Shown piece by piece: positions 19,029 to 29,100 of a stretch of DNA of 64,000 nt. The translations under genes were made by a program, and so were the position numbers. The stretch lies in contig OZ220691.1 in NCBI GenBank assembly GCA_965116475.1, positions 1,664,001 to 1,728,000 of the forward strand, written 5' to 3'. This stretch comes from Gemmatimonadota bacterium (GTDB taxonomy: Bacteria > Gemmatimonadota > Gemmatimonadetes > Palauibacterales > Palauibacteraceae). A model generated the notes under the pieces. The model ran no database searches. It saw nothing but the letters and a program-made list of their open reading frames with translations, and was not told the origin of the DNA. How positions within the stretch are numbered: the first letter of the stretch is position 1; each line of letters opens with the position of its first letter.

Positions 19029-19234
19029 CGGAGACTCCGTTGTGGGTGCGCGGTCGCCGCCTCCCGGACGGTGACGGTCCAGCGGGCGGTAACCTGCAAG
19101 GTTCGCCCGGGAGAGGGAACCATGCGCCCGACGCGGTGCCGACACTTTGCCCGGTCCTTCCGGAACGCCGGGCGTCTTGATCCGCAGCACAACCTGGCTA
19201 GATTATTAGCTAGATACCCGGTTCCGGAGGGGAG

Positions 19235-19463
19235 ATGTCGCACGTCGTGAACGTTCATGACGCAGCTTTCGCGCCTGCTGGCACAGGTGGAAGCTGGAGA
19301 GGATGTCGTCATCGCTCGCCGCGGCGAGCCGGTGGCACGGCTGGTCGCCTGCAAGCCGGCCGGCAAGCGCCAGCCGGATGTCCTGAAGGACCGGATCGTA
19401 ATTCCCGACAGCTTCTTCGACCCGCTGCCGGAGGAGGAACTGGCCGCCTGGGAAGGCAGGTAG
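19235..19463 (+). pseudogene. Phd/YefM (VapB) antitoxin with a frameshift after codon 8; a truncated form is possible from ATG 19257
   Basis: MSHVVNVH (frame of 19235, strong GGAGGGG RBS) and TQLSRLLAQVEAGEDVVIARRGEPVARL (frame of 19257) are two parts of the family's VNVHEAKTQLSRLL motif, with EAK missing. Confidence 0.7.
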
Positions 19464-19465
19464 CG

Positions 19466-19852
19466 GTGCGCGTGTTGCTGGACACGCATGCGTTTCTCTG
19501 GTGGATCGCCGACAGCGGGCGGCTGTCCCGGAAGGCTCACCGCCTTATCGCGGACGAGACGAACGACATCGCCGTCAGCGCGGCATCCGCCTGGGAGATC
19601 GCGACGAAGCATCGAATCGGCAGGTTGCCGGGTGGCGAGGCCGTGGCCCTGGACGTGGCCGGACACATTGCCGGTCAGGGGTTTCGCGAAGTCTCGATCG
19701 GCGTCAGCGACGGGGAACGCGCCGGGCGCCTGCCCGGCCCCCATCGGGACCCTTTCGACCGGATGCTTGCGGCACAGGCCCTCGCGCGTGGCCTTCCCAT
19801 CATCTCGATCGACGGAGTATTCGACCGCTACGGTCTGGACCGTCTCTGGTAG
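19466..19852 (+). CDS. vapC: VapC/PIN-domain toxin
   Basis: VLLDTHAFLWW, SAASAWEIATK, HRDPFDRMLAAQA, ISIDGVF. Confidence 0.9.
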   Translation: MRVLLDTHAFLWWIADSGRLSRKAHRLIADETNDIAVSAASAWEIATKHRIGRLPGGEAVALDVAGHIAGQGFREVSIGVSDGERAGRLPGPHRDPFDRMLAAQALARGLPIISIDGVFDRYGLDRLW

Positions 19853-21351
19853 TCGATGCGCCGCGCGATGCCGCGGAGCATGCCGCGGAAGATCAGCCAG
19901 TGGATGGGGTAGAGGAGGTACCAGTACAGCAGGCCGCCGAGGCCCAGGGGGTCGAAGATGGCGGTCTGTGTGATCCGGCTGCCTGCCCGCCGAGGTTCGA
20001 CTTCGAACTGCAGCCAGGCGCGTCCCGGGACCTTCATCTCGGCCCGCAGGCGGAGCAGGCGGCCGGGTTCGACGGCCTCCACGCGCCAGAAGTCAAGCGG
20101 GTCGCCGGGGCGGAGCTCAGTCGGATGCCGGCGCCCGCGTCGCATGCCGACCCCGCCCAGGAGGAGATCTGCGGATCCGCGCAGCACCCACAGCCAGTTG
20201 GCGTAGTACCAGCCCCTCGCACCGCCGATGCGCTCGATCGGCGCGAAGGCGCGCTCGGCACCGACCTCTACCACCGTCTGCTGCCGGTCGATGATCCGGG
20301 AACCGAAGCGCTTCCCGCCCCAGAGCGGCTGCCCTCCGCTCGACGAGACGGCGTCACTCCACCGGGTCCGTTCCATCGCGCCGTCTTCCTCACTCAGCGC
20401 CCGCTCGATCGCCTCGCGCACATCGAGGGGACGTACCGGGAAGCGATCAAGGGCCGCGGCATCGCGCACCACCGTCTGGTTCCGCAGGCTGGTCACGAGC
20501 TTCCTGCCCACGCGCGCGTAAACGGGCGTGACGAGACCGAGCCACAGGCTCGAGAGTCGCGGACTGAGGAGGGGAACGGGGACCATGACGCGCCGCACGC
20601 CGACCTGGCGGGCGTACTCGTGCATCAGTTCGCCGTAGGTGACGCGTGCTGGCCCGCCGATCTCGAACACCGCGCCGCGCCCCATGTCGAGATCGAGCCC
20701 GTGGATCAAGTAGGCGATGACGTCGTCGATCGCGATCGGCTGGGCCGGCGTCCGGACCCAGCGCGGCGTAACCATGCACGGCAGTTTGTTGACCAGGCTC
20801 CGCAGGAGTTCGAAGGAGAGCGACCCCGATCCGATGATGATGGAGGCGCGGAACTCCAGCGTGGGCGGCCCTTCGCCGGCGAGGATGCGGCCGACTTCCC
20901 GTCGGCTCGCGAGGTGGGGCGACAACTCGCCGTCGCCGATGAGACCGCCGAGATAGATCACCCGGCGCACGCTCCGCGCTCGCGCGGCCCGGGCGAAATT
21001 GCCGGCACCGACGCGGTCCTGTGCCTCAAAGTCGGCTTTCGAGCCCATCGAATGAACGAGATAGTAGGCGGTGTCCACTCCCCGGAGCGCTTCAACGAGC
21101 GAGTCGGGATCCAGCACGTCGCCCGCGACGATCTCCGTCCGGCTCGAGAACCGGTTGGCGAGGTAGCGGGGGTTCCGAGCGAGGCAGCGGACCCGTTCTC
21201 CGCGCGCCTCGAGGGCCGGGACGAGCCGTCCACCGACGTATCCGCTCGCCCCGGTGACGAGAACGCGACGCGGCCGCCGATCCTGACTCGGTGGGGGAGG
21301 CAATCGTGGCGCCAGCCGCGCGTCAGTCGTCGCGCTTGCCGGTGTCGCCAC
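19828..21351 (-). CDS. SDR/NAD(P)-binding oxidoreductase with DUF2867 C-terminus (YbjT-like)
   Basis: VLVTGASGYVG, YYLVHSM, IIGSGSLSFE, LRAEMKVPGRAWL. Start uncertain. Confidence 0.85.
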   Translation of the reverse strand: MATPASATTDARLAPRLPPPPSQDRRPRRVLVTGASGYVGGRLVPALEARGERVRCLARNPRYLANRFSSRTEIVAGDVLDPDSLVEALRGVDTAYYLVHSMGSKADFEAQDRVGAGNFARAARARSVRRVIYLGGLIGDGELSPHLASRREVGRILAGEGPPTLEFRASIIIGSGSLSFELLRSLVNKLPCMVTPRWVRTPAQPIAIDDVIAYLIHGLDLDMGRGAVFEIGGPARVTYGELMHEYARQVGVRRVMVPVPLLSPRLSSLWLGLVTPVYARVGRKLVTSLRNQTVVRDAAALDRFPVRPLDVREAIERALSEEDGAMERTRWSDAVSSSGGQPLWGGKRFGSRIIDRQQTVVEVGAERAFAPIERIGGARGWYYANWLWVLRGSADLLLGGVGMRRGRRHPTELRPGDPLDFWRVEAVEPGRLLRLRAEMKVPGRAWLQFEVEPRRAGSRITQTAIFDPLGLGGLLYWYLLYPIHWLIFRGMLRGIARRIDYQRRSRP

Positions 21352-21664
21352 GGCGGATCTCGAAGTCGCGGCGGTCCCGGTACAGGAGCGCGCGGTTGAG
21401 GACGTAGTCGCCGCCCTCCACGTCCATGTCCGCGCACTCCGTCATCGTCCAGTACTTGTGGTCGCCGAGAAACAGATACTCGCGCGTCTGGTGGAAGAAC
21501 CGGCAGGTGACGCCTTCCCCCCGCTTGATGCGCTCGCAGAAGGCGGCGAGGAGTTCCTGCTGTCCGTCCTTACCGCTCACTACGTACTCGTGGGGCCACG
21601 TGTCGCGGTACGTCACGGCCTCGCGCCACGGGGCGCGGGCGATCAACTCCATGATGTCGGGCAT
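21323..21664 (-). CDS. Hypothetical protein
   Basis: Globular composition (WREAVTYRDTWPHEY..YLFLGDHKYWTM); ATG after GAGAG. Confidence 0.65.
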   Translation of the reverse strand: MPDIMELIARAPWREAVTYRDTWPHEYVVSGKDGQQELLAAFCERIKRGEGVTCRFFHQTREYLFLGDHKYWTMTECADMDVEGGDYVLNRALLYRDRRDFEIRRGDTGKRDD

Positions 21665-21701
21665 CTCTCGCTCTCGCGGCGGCTGATTGCAGGGTTGATG
21701 G

Positions 21702-22196
21702 TCAGGGGTCGACGGCTGTGCCGATCCGGCGGAATTCCAGCGTGCCGACGCTCCGCACGGTGTCCCCGCGGGCGATGAAGCCTGTGATGCGATCATCGGA
21801 CCGGATGCGACCGTCGTACACCTCCGAGGACTCTCCGAAGTCGAGCCTGAGGACGACTCTCGATGGCTCGTGCACGCCGCGCACCGTGCCGGGAGACACT
21901 TCCTCGACAGGGTGCGGGAAGCGGCGGAAGTCCGTTCGGCTCACCCGGCCCGAGACGTTGCCCTGCCCATCCTCCCGCAGCCAGAGCTGCCAGGACACGC
22001 CGCCTTCGATGAGCACCACCGCGCCGAGCCAGGTCCCTTCCAGCGGCCTCTCGGCCGGATCCGTCGCGTATCCGCAGCCCGCAGCCGCAACACAAAGTGC
22101 GATCACAACCGCCTTCGCCCCGCGTCGGACGGATCCCAGCCAAATGAGCCGACCTCCCTTTCGTTCGCCGCGGTCACGGTGCATGTCTGATCCCAT
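21702..22196 (-). CDS. Putative lipoprotein, beta-rich
   Basis: Hydrophobic stretch ending in AAGC lipobox, then LEGTWLG. Start uncertain. Confidence 0.55.
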   Translation of the reverse strand: MGSDMHRDRGERKGGRLIWLGSVRRGAKAVVIALCVAAAGCGYATDPAERPLEGTWLGAVVLIEGGVSWQLWLREDGQGNVSGRVSRTDFRRFPHPVEEVSPGTVRGVHEPSRVVLRLDFGESSEVYDGRIRSDDRITGFIARGDTVRSVGTLEFRRIGTAVDP

Positions 22197-22313
22197 CTCG
22201 CAACTTTGATTCCCACTCCCCAGTTCCCAGACGACCGATTGCAGAAACCCGTCACGTTCGCTGCTGCTGTGCTGGCCGATCCCTTCCTGCTGAGTGAACT
22301 TCGTCCGATCACG

Positions 22314-23375
22314 CTATCGTTCCGTCGAGACCGGTGGCTTCCCCGTTACTCGCTCGAACTCCTGCGAGTCCGTCAGCTTCCGACACAGGTAGTCAACCCA
22401 AGCCCGCGTGTACCCATACACGTTCGCAAGCTCGTCATAAACGCAGAACTCAGGACGCGTCAGAGCTTTCTCTTCGGCATTGCCATCCGGCCGAACCTTG
22501 TACGTCTTCCAAGCTTGTGTGTGGGAGTGCATGGTCACCCGACACGGTAGGCGCTGCTTGAGTTGTTCGACAACCTCCGATGGCTTTAGCAAGCCCTCAC
22601 TCGCGATCGGTACTCGCTTCTCCCTTATCAGCGCAGTGACCTTCTGCAACTTCCTCATCTCTTCAGGTTCCGTCTCGTCGTACGGTATCCATTCCACTGC
22701 GAGATCAGCCTTCCGCTCCCTTACGATGAGCTTTGGAAGGAGAAATACTCTCATCGAGTAGGCCGAACTTTCGAAGATGCCCGGGGCGAGGCTAGCTCGA
22801 AACCGCTCTATGAACTCCAAGAGATCTTTCGCTTGAGATGTCTGCAGTCGCCGAAGAGCCTCTTGTTGTGCTTCGGGACGCAAGGCAGAGAACTGAAGCG
22901 AGACGGAAAGCTCTTCGGCGATGGCTTGGGTGGTGCCGAACTCGCTTGTTAACAACTCCTCGAAATTCAAGAGCATGGCTTGGCATTCTCCATAAAGCGC
23001 GGGATCGAGTTCCGGATGGTCTCTGTGTTCGATCTTGTTCCGCAAGACAATCATGAACTGCAAGTTCGATCGCTGCGGGGAATTGGTATCGCCATAGTAT
23101 TGTCTTAGGCACTCACTCAGCTCCCAATGGCAAGGTTCACCGTCCACCTTCTTGTACCGTATCCGGCGACCAGTTCCCGGTTGACGATACCAAGGCTTCT
23201 GACCGCGGCGGTAGAACACGGCGTGGAAGAGCGCGGTCCACGCCACAGTCATCAGCATCGTGTACGTGCGAGTCCGAAAAGCCATGCCAGGTTTGTTGTA
23301 GTTCTCAACTGCCGCAAGGCAGGCTGACCGGGCCTTCTCCAAGTGTGCCACTACGATGCGGGCTAATCTCGGCAC
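22314..23375 (-). CDS. DUF3644 (HEPN-like) domain protein
   Basis: N-term KARSACLAAVENYNKP..AWTALFHA typical of DUF3644; RNKIEH (Rx4H) at 23025-23042; atypical codon usage. Confidence 0.75.
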   Translation of the reverse strand: MPRLARIVVAHLEKARSACLAAVENYNKPGMAFRTRTYTMLMTVAWTALFHAVFYRRGQKPWYRQPGTGRRIRYKKVDGEPCHWELSECLRQYYGDTNSPQRSNLQFMIVLRNKIEHRDHPELDPALYGECQAMLLNFEELLTSEFGTTQAIAEELSVSLQFSALRPEAQQEALRRLQTSQAKDLLEFIERFRASLAPGIFESSAYSMRVFLLPKLIVRERKADLAVEWIPYDETEPEEMRKLQKVTALIREKRVPIASEGLLKPSEVVEQLKQRLPCRVTMHSHTQAWKTYKVRPDGNAEEKALTRPEFCVYDELANVYGYTRAWVDYLCRKLTDSQEFERVTGKPPVSTER

Positions 23376-23654
23376 GAACTCAACCGATTGTATTCGACGG
23401 AGTATGGCCCGAACGGTAAGGCCGTGAACTTGGTTGGCGGCACGGGGCTCATCCGGTCAGTTGGCTGAGAATCTTGCCGTTCTGTTCCGGCAATTCTCTA
23501 ATTCTACGGACAGCGGCCATGGCACTTACGCACGGAGGGGCCCCCTCCGATTATTCCGACACGTAATCCTCGGAATGGGCTCCGGGGTGTACCTAGTCTT
23601 CGACATTTCGGTTCTCCCCCGATCCTTAGCCCCTCAAGTATTCTGGTGATTCCC

Positions 23655-24740
23655 CTAGTCATTCTCGGCTGGCAGCTTCTCGCTCGCACAAGTAATCACT
23701 TCATCTGTTAGCCAACCCTGCTCACGGAGAACGTCGTGGGCGAGCGTGATTTGCCGTTGCGTGAAGGCATGTTTCCGTGCATTCCAAGCGTACGCTCGGT
23801 TGACCACGTGATCCACGCTACGAGCATCCTCCCGTGTAACTACCCAATGGACCGTGGACAGTAACTCCAAGCCGAATGGCGACTCAAAACCGGCTACGAG
23901 TTCTGCGACGCGATTGAAGCGGGCTTGTGTATCCGTTGTGGCCGCCACGTAAGCGCTGGCATCCTCGATCGCTCCCGGTACCAAGCTCAGCCGCTTGTTC
24001 GGCCGATCACCTCCGTCCGCGTAGCCCGAAACCATGTGCCCCTCTATAGCATGAAGCACATGACGGAGATTCTCCGCATAGGGCCCGTAGTGCCCTTTCT
24101 GGAACTTGAGCTTCAGCGGCTCTCCCGCAGCCTGCATAAAATACATCAGCTTGTGGGCTTCCTGGAGCGTGACGAACGGATCCAGTAGGCCCCTCAGGTA
24201 TCGATCGAGTAGTCCGACCAGCGCGGCGCGTCCAGGAGTCATGCGAGGTACGTCGCTAGAGCGGTTCGTCCGCGAATCCAGCGGACCGCCTCCCGGTTCG
24301 AAGACGACGACGTCGATGTCTTCAAGATCCTCGAACGCCTGGAGGATGCGAGCCCGTACCAGCGACCAGTCGAGTCCGCCCAGACCGCTCCCGAGCGGTG
24401 GGATAGCGACGGAGCGGATGTCACGCTTGCGGATTTCCTCGACGAGAGACCGCAACCCGGATTCGATGTCCTCAAGGCGGCTCTTCCCACGCCAGTGACG
24501 CTTGCTGGGGAAGTTGATGATGTATCGCGGCGGCACTCCTGAACCTGTTTCGAAGACGAAGACCCGCCCCGGCTTCATCTCTCCCCGCTTACAATGAGCG
24601 GCGTAGGCCTTGAAGTTCGAGGGGAAGGCGCGCTTAAACTGGAGGGCAATCCCGCGCCCCATCACACCGACGCAGTTGACGGTGTTGACAAGAGCCTCGG
24701 CGTCCTCCGCGAACATGTCGCCCGTCTTGAACCGGATCAC
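23655..24740 (-). CDS. darG: DarG macrodomain DNA ADP-ribosyl glycohydrolase antitoxin
   Basis: GDMFAEDAEALVNTVNCVGVMGRGIALQFK, IINFPSK.HWR, IPPLGSGLGGLDW, KLMYFMQ..YGPYAENL, GLELLSTVHW. GGAGGT RBS. Confidence 0.9.
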   Translation of the reverse strand: MIRFKTGDMFAEDAEALVNTVNCVGVMGRGIALQFKRAFPSNFKAYAAHCKRGEMKPGRVFVFETGSGVPPRYIINFPSKRHWRGKSRLEDIESGLRSLVEEIRKRDIRSVAIPPLGSGLGGLDWSLVRARILQAFEDLEDIDVVVFEPGGGPLDSRTNRSSDVPRMTPGRAALVGLLDRYLRGLLDPFVTLQEAHKLMYFMQAAGEPLKLKFQKGHYGPYAENLRHVLHAIEGHMVSGYADGGDRPNKRLSLVPGAIEDASAYVAATTDTQARFNRVAELVAGFESPFGLELLSTVHWVVTREDARSVDHVVNRAYAWNARKHAFTQRQITLAHDVLREQGWLTDEVITCASEKLPAEND

Positions 24741-24760
24741 ACGCACCTCCGCTCGCCGCT

Positions 24761-25408
24761 TCAATAGTACCAATCCGGTCTCAATTCCACACGGGGCACA
24801 TGCTCCGCTCCTGTTAGCTCGGAGATTGCTTGACGCTGGACTACCTTTGAATGAACGCCTACACGGGTGACGAGCTGCCACGGGAACGACGATTCCATGA
24901 GAAACTCGGCCTGCTTACCTTCCTTCTTGCGCCGCCAATCCCCGGCTCGGACAGCCGACCAGTCGATTCGGTGAAGGTCTTCCAGGTCGGACCAATCATC
25001 GAAGTACGAGGAGCCTGCGTTGGACGCGGTGAACGCCCAACGTCGGTTCGCCCGCTCCGCCCACTCGATCGCATCGTGCAAATCGGCTTCGAGGTGTACG
25101 ATAGGTTCCTGCCCTCCACGATAGGTGAGTTCACGATGGTTGCTTCGATAAACCAAGTAAAGCATGACCGACCGAGGGCAGAAGTAGAACGGTACGCAGT
25201 CGCCCACGTTGAGCTCCGGATGACTCGCGAGTTTCGTGCGTGCGCGTCTCGCCTTGATCTCCGTCATCCCGATCGCTGTCCCAACCTTGGGACGCTTCAT
25301 CATCGCCGTGTCACACAGGAGCCCTCCGTCGCCTACGATCGAAGCGAGACGGTCGACATGAACGATGTGATACAACCTGGGCCTTGCCGGAACCTGGTGA
25401 TGAGGCAT
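24761..25408 (-). CDS. darT: DarT (DUF4433) ssDNA ADP-ribosyltransferase toxin
   Basis: LYHIVHVDRL.SI, VPFYFCPRSVMLY, FTASNAG, KQAEFL (catalytic Glu), PDWYY. Confidence 0.9.
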   Translation of the reverse strand: MPHHQVPARPRLYHIVHVDRLASIVGDGGLLCDTAMMKRPKVGTAIGMTEIKARRARTKLASHPELNVGDCVPFYFCPRSVMLYLVYRSNHRELTYRGGQEPIVHLEADLHDAIEWAERANRRWAFTASNAGSSYFDDWSDLEDLHRIDWSAVRAGDWRRKKEGKQAEFLMESSFPWQLVTRVGVHSKVVQRQAISELTGAEHVPRVELRPDWYY

Positions 25409-25426
25409 TAGGCCTTGCGACGCCCG

Positions 25427-26026
25427 TCAGTTCGACCAGGGGGGGACGATGCCGTTCATGCGGGCGTAGGAGACGGACTGGCCGACGTGTTCGTTCATGT
25501 GGGAGACGAGCTGCAGGAGGACGGCCCAGCCCTGCACGGTGCGGCCGTAGAGTTCCGTCTCGCCGTCGAGCTTCGCCTCCGTTAACGCGCCCACCTGCTC
25601 GTTCACGTGGCGCACGGACATCTCGTAGATCTCGCGCACCTTCTCCTTGTCGCGGATCGATTCGATGTCGGCGTAGTCGAACCCGTTCGGAGGCGCGATC
25701 CCCAGGTTCTCGTCGAGGTACATGAAGTTGTAGCGCGCGATGTGCATGAAGACCTCGCCCACCTGCATCACGCCCTCGCCGGGCGCCCACGAGAACTTGT
25801 CGGCGGGCATCACGCGCACGAGTTCGGAGATCTTGTAGCTCGAGCGCTGGAAGTGGCCGAGAAGTTCGTCCCGGATCGTGACGGGATCCGTGACCGTCGT
25901 CGGCTCGAAACCGTTGGAGGTCAGGACGACCGCGGGCGTCTGGCCGATCACGCTCGCGGGAGCCAGGGCCCCGGCGGCGATGATCGTTCCGGTGATGGCG
26001 AGCGCTGCGATGGTGTTCCGCTTCAT
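25427..26026 (-). CDS. Secreted DinB family protein
   Basis: Signal peptide; SWAPGEGVMQVGEVFMHI, HMNEHVGQSVSYARMNGIVPPWS. Confidence 0.85.
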   Translation of the reverse strand: MKRNTIAALAITGTIIAAGALAPASVIGQTPAVVLTSNGFEPTTVTDPVTIRDELLGHFQRSSYKISELVRVMPADKFSWAPGEGVMQVGEVFMHIARYNFMYLDENLGIAPPNGFDYADIESIRDKEKVREIYEMSVRHVNEQVGALTEAKLDGETELYGRTVQGWAVLLQLVSHMNEHVGQSVSYARMNGIVPPWSN

Positions 26027-26197
26027 GAGACGATCCTCCCTCTGTCTGACGGTATCGCCAGTCGTGTTCCCTGCCGGGGCCGGGGCCGGGCGAGTTCGGG
26101 ACGCATTCCTGCGACCCACCCGGATGATATGATACAGCCCGCTCGCTCGTTGTGTCTCATGTACGGAGCGAGCCGATCCCGAACCCTCGCGAGGCGC

Positions 26198-29100
26198 ATG
26201 CCCCACGGTCTGCTGGACATTCACCAGGACGCCCGGCCCTTCGTCCACGTCACACTGCTCGCGGCGGCCGCGCTCTGCGGCGGGTGCGGGCCGGGGGCGC
26301 TCGACTGGGTCGAGGAGGACGGCTATCGCTGGGCCGAGCTTCGGGTGTCGGGGGACGACGAGCCGGGGTTCGAGCGGCTCGACCCTTCGGAGACGGGGAT
26401 CTCGTTCGAAAACGTCGTCACCGAAGAGCAGTACATCGCGAACAGCCACTACCTGAACGGGTCCGGCGTGGCGGCGGGGGACGTGGACGGCGACGGGCGC
26501 GTCGATCTCTACTTCGCGGGGATGGACGGGCCGAACCGACTCTACCGGAACCTCGGCGGCTGGCGCTTCGAGGACATCGCCGAGGAGGCGGGGGTCGCGG
26601 CGGCAGGCCGCTTCTCGACGGGCGCCGTGTTCGCGGATGTGGACGGGGACGGAGACCTCGACCTCCTGGTCAACGCGCTCGGCGGACCGAACGCGCTCTA
26701 CCTGAACGACGGCACCGGCTATTTTACGGACGGGACGGAGGAGGCGGGGCTCTCGTCGACGCTCGGGAGCATGTCGATGGCGCTCGCCGACATCGACGGG
26801 GACGGGGACCTCGACCTCTACGTGGTGAACAACAAGGTCGCGACGGTGCAGGACCTCTTCCCCCCGGAAGTCCTTCAGCCGAGCAACATCTACCGTCAGA
26901 CGGGGAACGGGTTCGAGATCCTCCCCGAATGGCGGGAGCACTTCACGCTCGGCGAGGTGCGGGAGGGGATGGTCCCTCGGCTCGAACTCGCGGAACCCGA
27001 CCGGCTCTATCTGAACGACGGGACGGGACGGTTCACACCGGTGCCGTGGACGGGGGGCGCGTTCCTCGACGCGGAGGGGCGGCCGCTGGAGGCCGAGCCG
27101 GTGGAATGGGGACTCGCGGCCCGTTTCCAGGACATGGACGGGGACGGGGATCCCGACCTGTACGTCTGCAACGACTTCCACAGCCCCGATCACATCTGGA
27201 TCAACGACGGGACGGGACGCTTCCGGATGCTCGAGCCGCTCGCCATGCGGAACACGAGCTTCGCCTCGATGGCGGTGGATTTTTCGGACGTGGACCGGGA
27301 CGGGTTGACGGACTTCTTCGTGGCGGAAATGCTGAGCCGGGAGCAGCGGCTGCGCATGAAGCAGATGGTGGGGGGCGAGCCTGATCGGCCGTTCGCGGGA
27401 CGGATCGGGAACCGGCCGCAGAAGCCGCGCAACACGCTCTACCTGAGCCGGGGGGACGGCACGTGGTCGGAGGCCGCGCAGTTCGCGGGCCTCGACGCAT
27501 CCGGCTGGTCGTGGGGGAGCACGTTCGTGGATGTCGATCTCGACGGGTTCGAGGATCTGCTCGTGGGCACGGGGCACTTCTACGACGCGATGGACAAGGA
27601 CGCGGCGCAGAGAGTCGGGTCGATGGACTGGCGGCAGCGGATCCTCGGCTTCCCGCCGCTGCGCCTCTCGAACGTCGCCTTCCGCAATCGCGGAGACCTG
27701 ACCTTCGAGGAGGTCGGGGAGGCGTGGGGGTTCGCGGGGGACGAGGACATCACGCACGGGATGGCGACGGCGGATCTCGACGGGGACGGGGACCTGGACA
27801 TCGTCACGAACCGGCTGCTCGCGCCCGCGGGCGTGTACCGAAACGAGGGCCGGGCGACGCGCGTAGCCGTGCGGCTCGTCGGCCGGGGGCTCAACACCGG
27901 GGGCGTGGGGGCGCAGATCCGTCTCACGGGGAGCGGGTTGCCGGTACAGACGAAGGAGATCGTCGCCGGAGGCCTGTACCTCTCCGGTTCGGAGGCGATG
28001 GCCAGCTTCGCCGCCGCGGGTGAGGAGATGACGATCGAGGTCGCGTGGCGGGACGGGGCGGTGAGCCGGGTGGAGGGCGTCCGCGCGAACCGCATCTACG
28101 AGATCCGGGAACCCGCGGCGGGCGACGCGGCGGCGGCTTCGGGCGCCAGCTCGGCGGGGACGGCGGAATCGGACGCGCCTCTGTTCGACGACGTGTCCGC
28201 GCTGCTCGGGCACCGTCACCGGGAGAACGCGTTCGACGACTTCGCGCAGCAGCCGCTCATCACTTGGCGCCTCGGACAGGGCGGCCCCGGCGTCGCGTGG
28301 AGCGATATCGACGGAGACGGAGACACGGACGCCCTCGTCGGCGGGGGGGGCGGCGCCGGCCTCTCGGTCTTCCGCGGCGACGGCGAGGGCGGGTTCTCTC
28401 CGGACCGGGGAGCGCGGGGCAGCGCAGCGGCCGGGCCGGCGCCATCCCCGGGCGACCAGACGGGCCTCGTCATCGTCCCCGGCCCGGCCGGCGCCACGGT
28501 GGTCGTCGGAACCGCGACGTACGATGGCACCGACCGGGCGGCCCCCTCGGCCACGGTGCTGCGGGCCTCGGGCACGGCGCTCCGGGAAGCACAGACGCTC
28601 CCGGCCGCCGAGTCGAGCACCGGCCCGCTCGCGGCGGCCGACTATGACGGGGACGGCGATGTCGACCTCTTCGCGGGCGGCCGCGTGATCCCCGGCCAGT
28701 ATCCGGCGGCGGCGACGTCCCGCCTCTTCCTCAACGAAGGCGGCCGCTACGTCCTCGGCGAGTCGAACGGGGCGGCCCTGACCGACGTGGGCCTCGTGTC
28801 CGGCGCCGTCTTCAGCGATGTGGACGCGGACGGGGACCCGGACCTCCTCCTCGCCATCGAGTGGGGACCCGTCCGGCTGCTCGTCAATCGCGATGGACGA
28901 TTCGAGGACGCGACGGCCGCGTTCGGACTCGAGTCCCGGACGGGGTGGTGGAACGGGGTGACGGCGGGAGACCTCAACGGGGACGGGCTGCCCGACCTGA
29001 TCGCCTCCAACCGGGGACTCAACTCGCAGTTCGCCGCGAGTCCCGAGCATCCGGCCACGGCCTATCACGCCGACCTGGACAACGATGGGTTCCGCGATGT

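Noticed and set aside
22200..25410. Calling the defence islet a mobile element
   Set aside because: No integrase, transposase, tRNA or terminal repeats were found; only the compositional shift supports horizontal acquisition.
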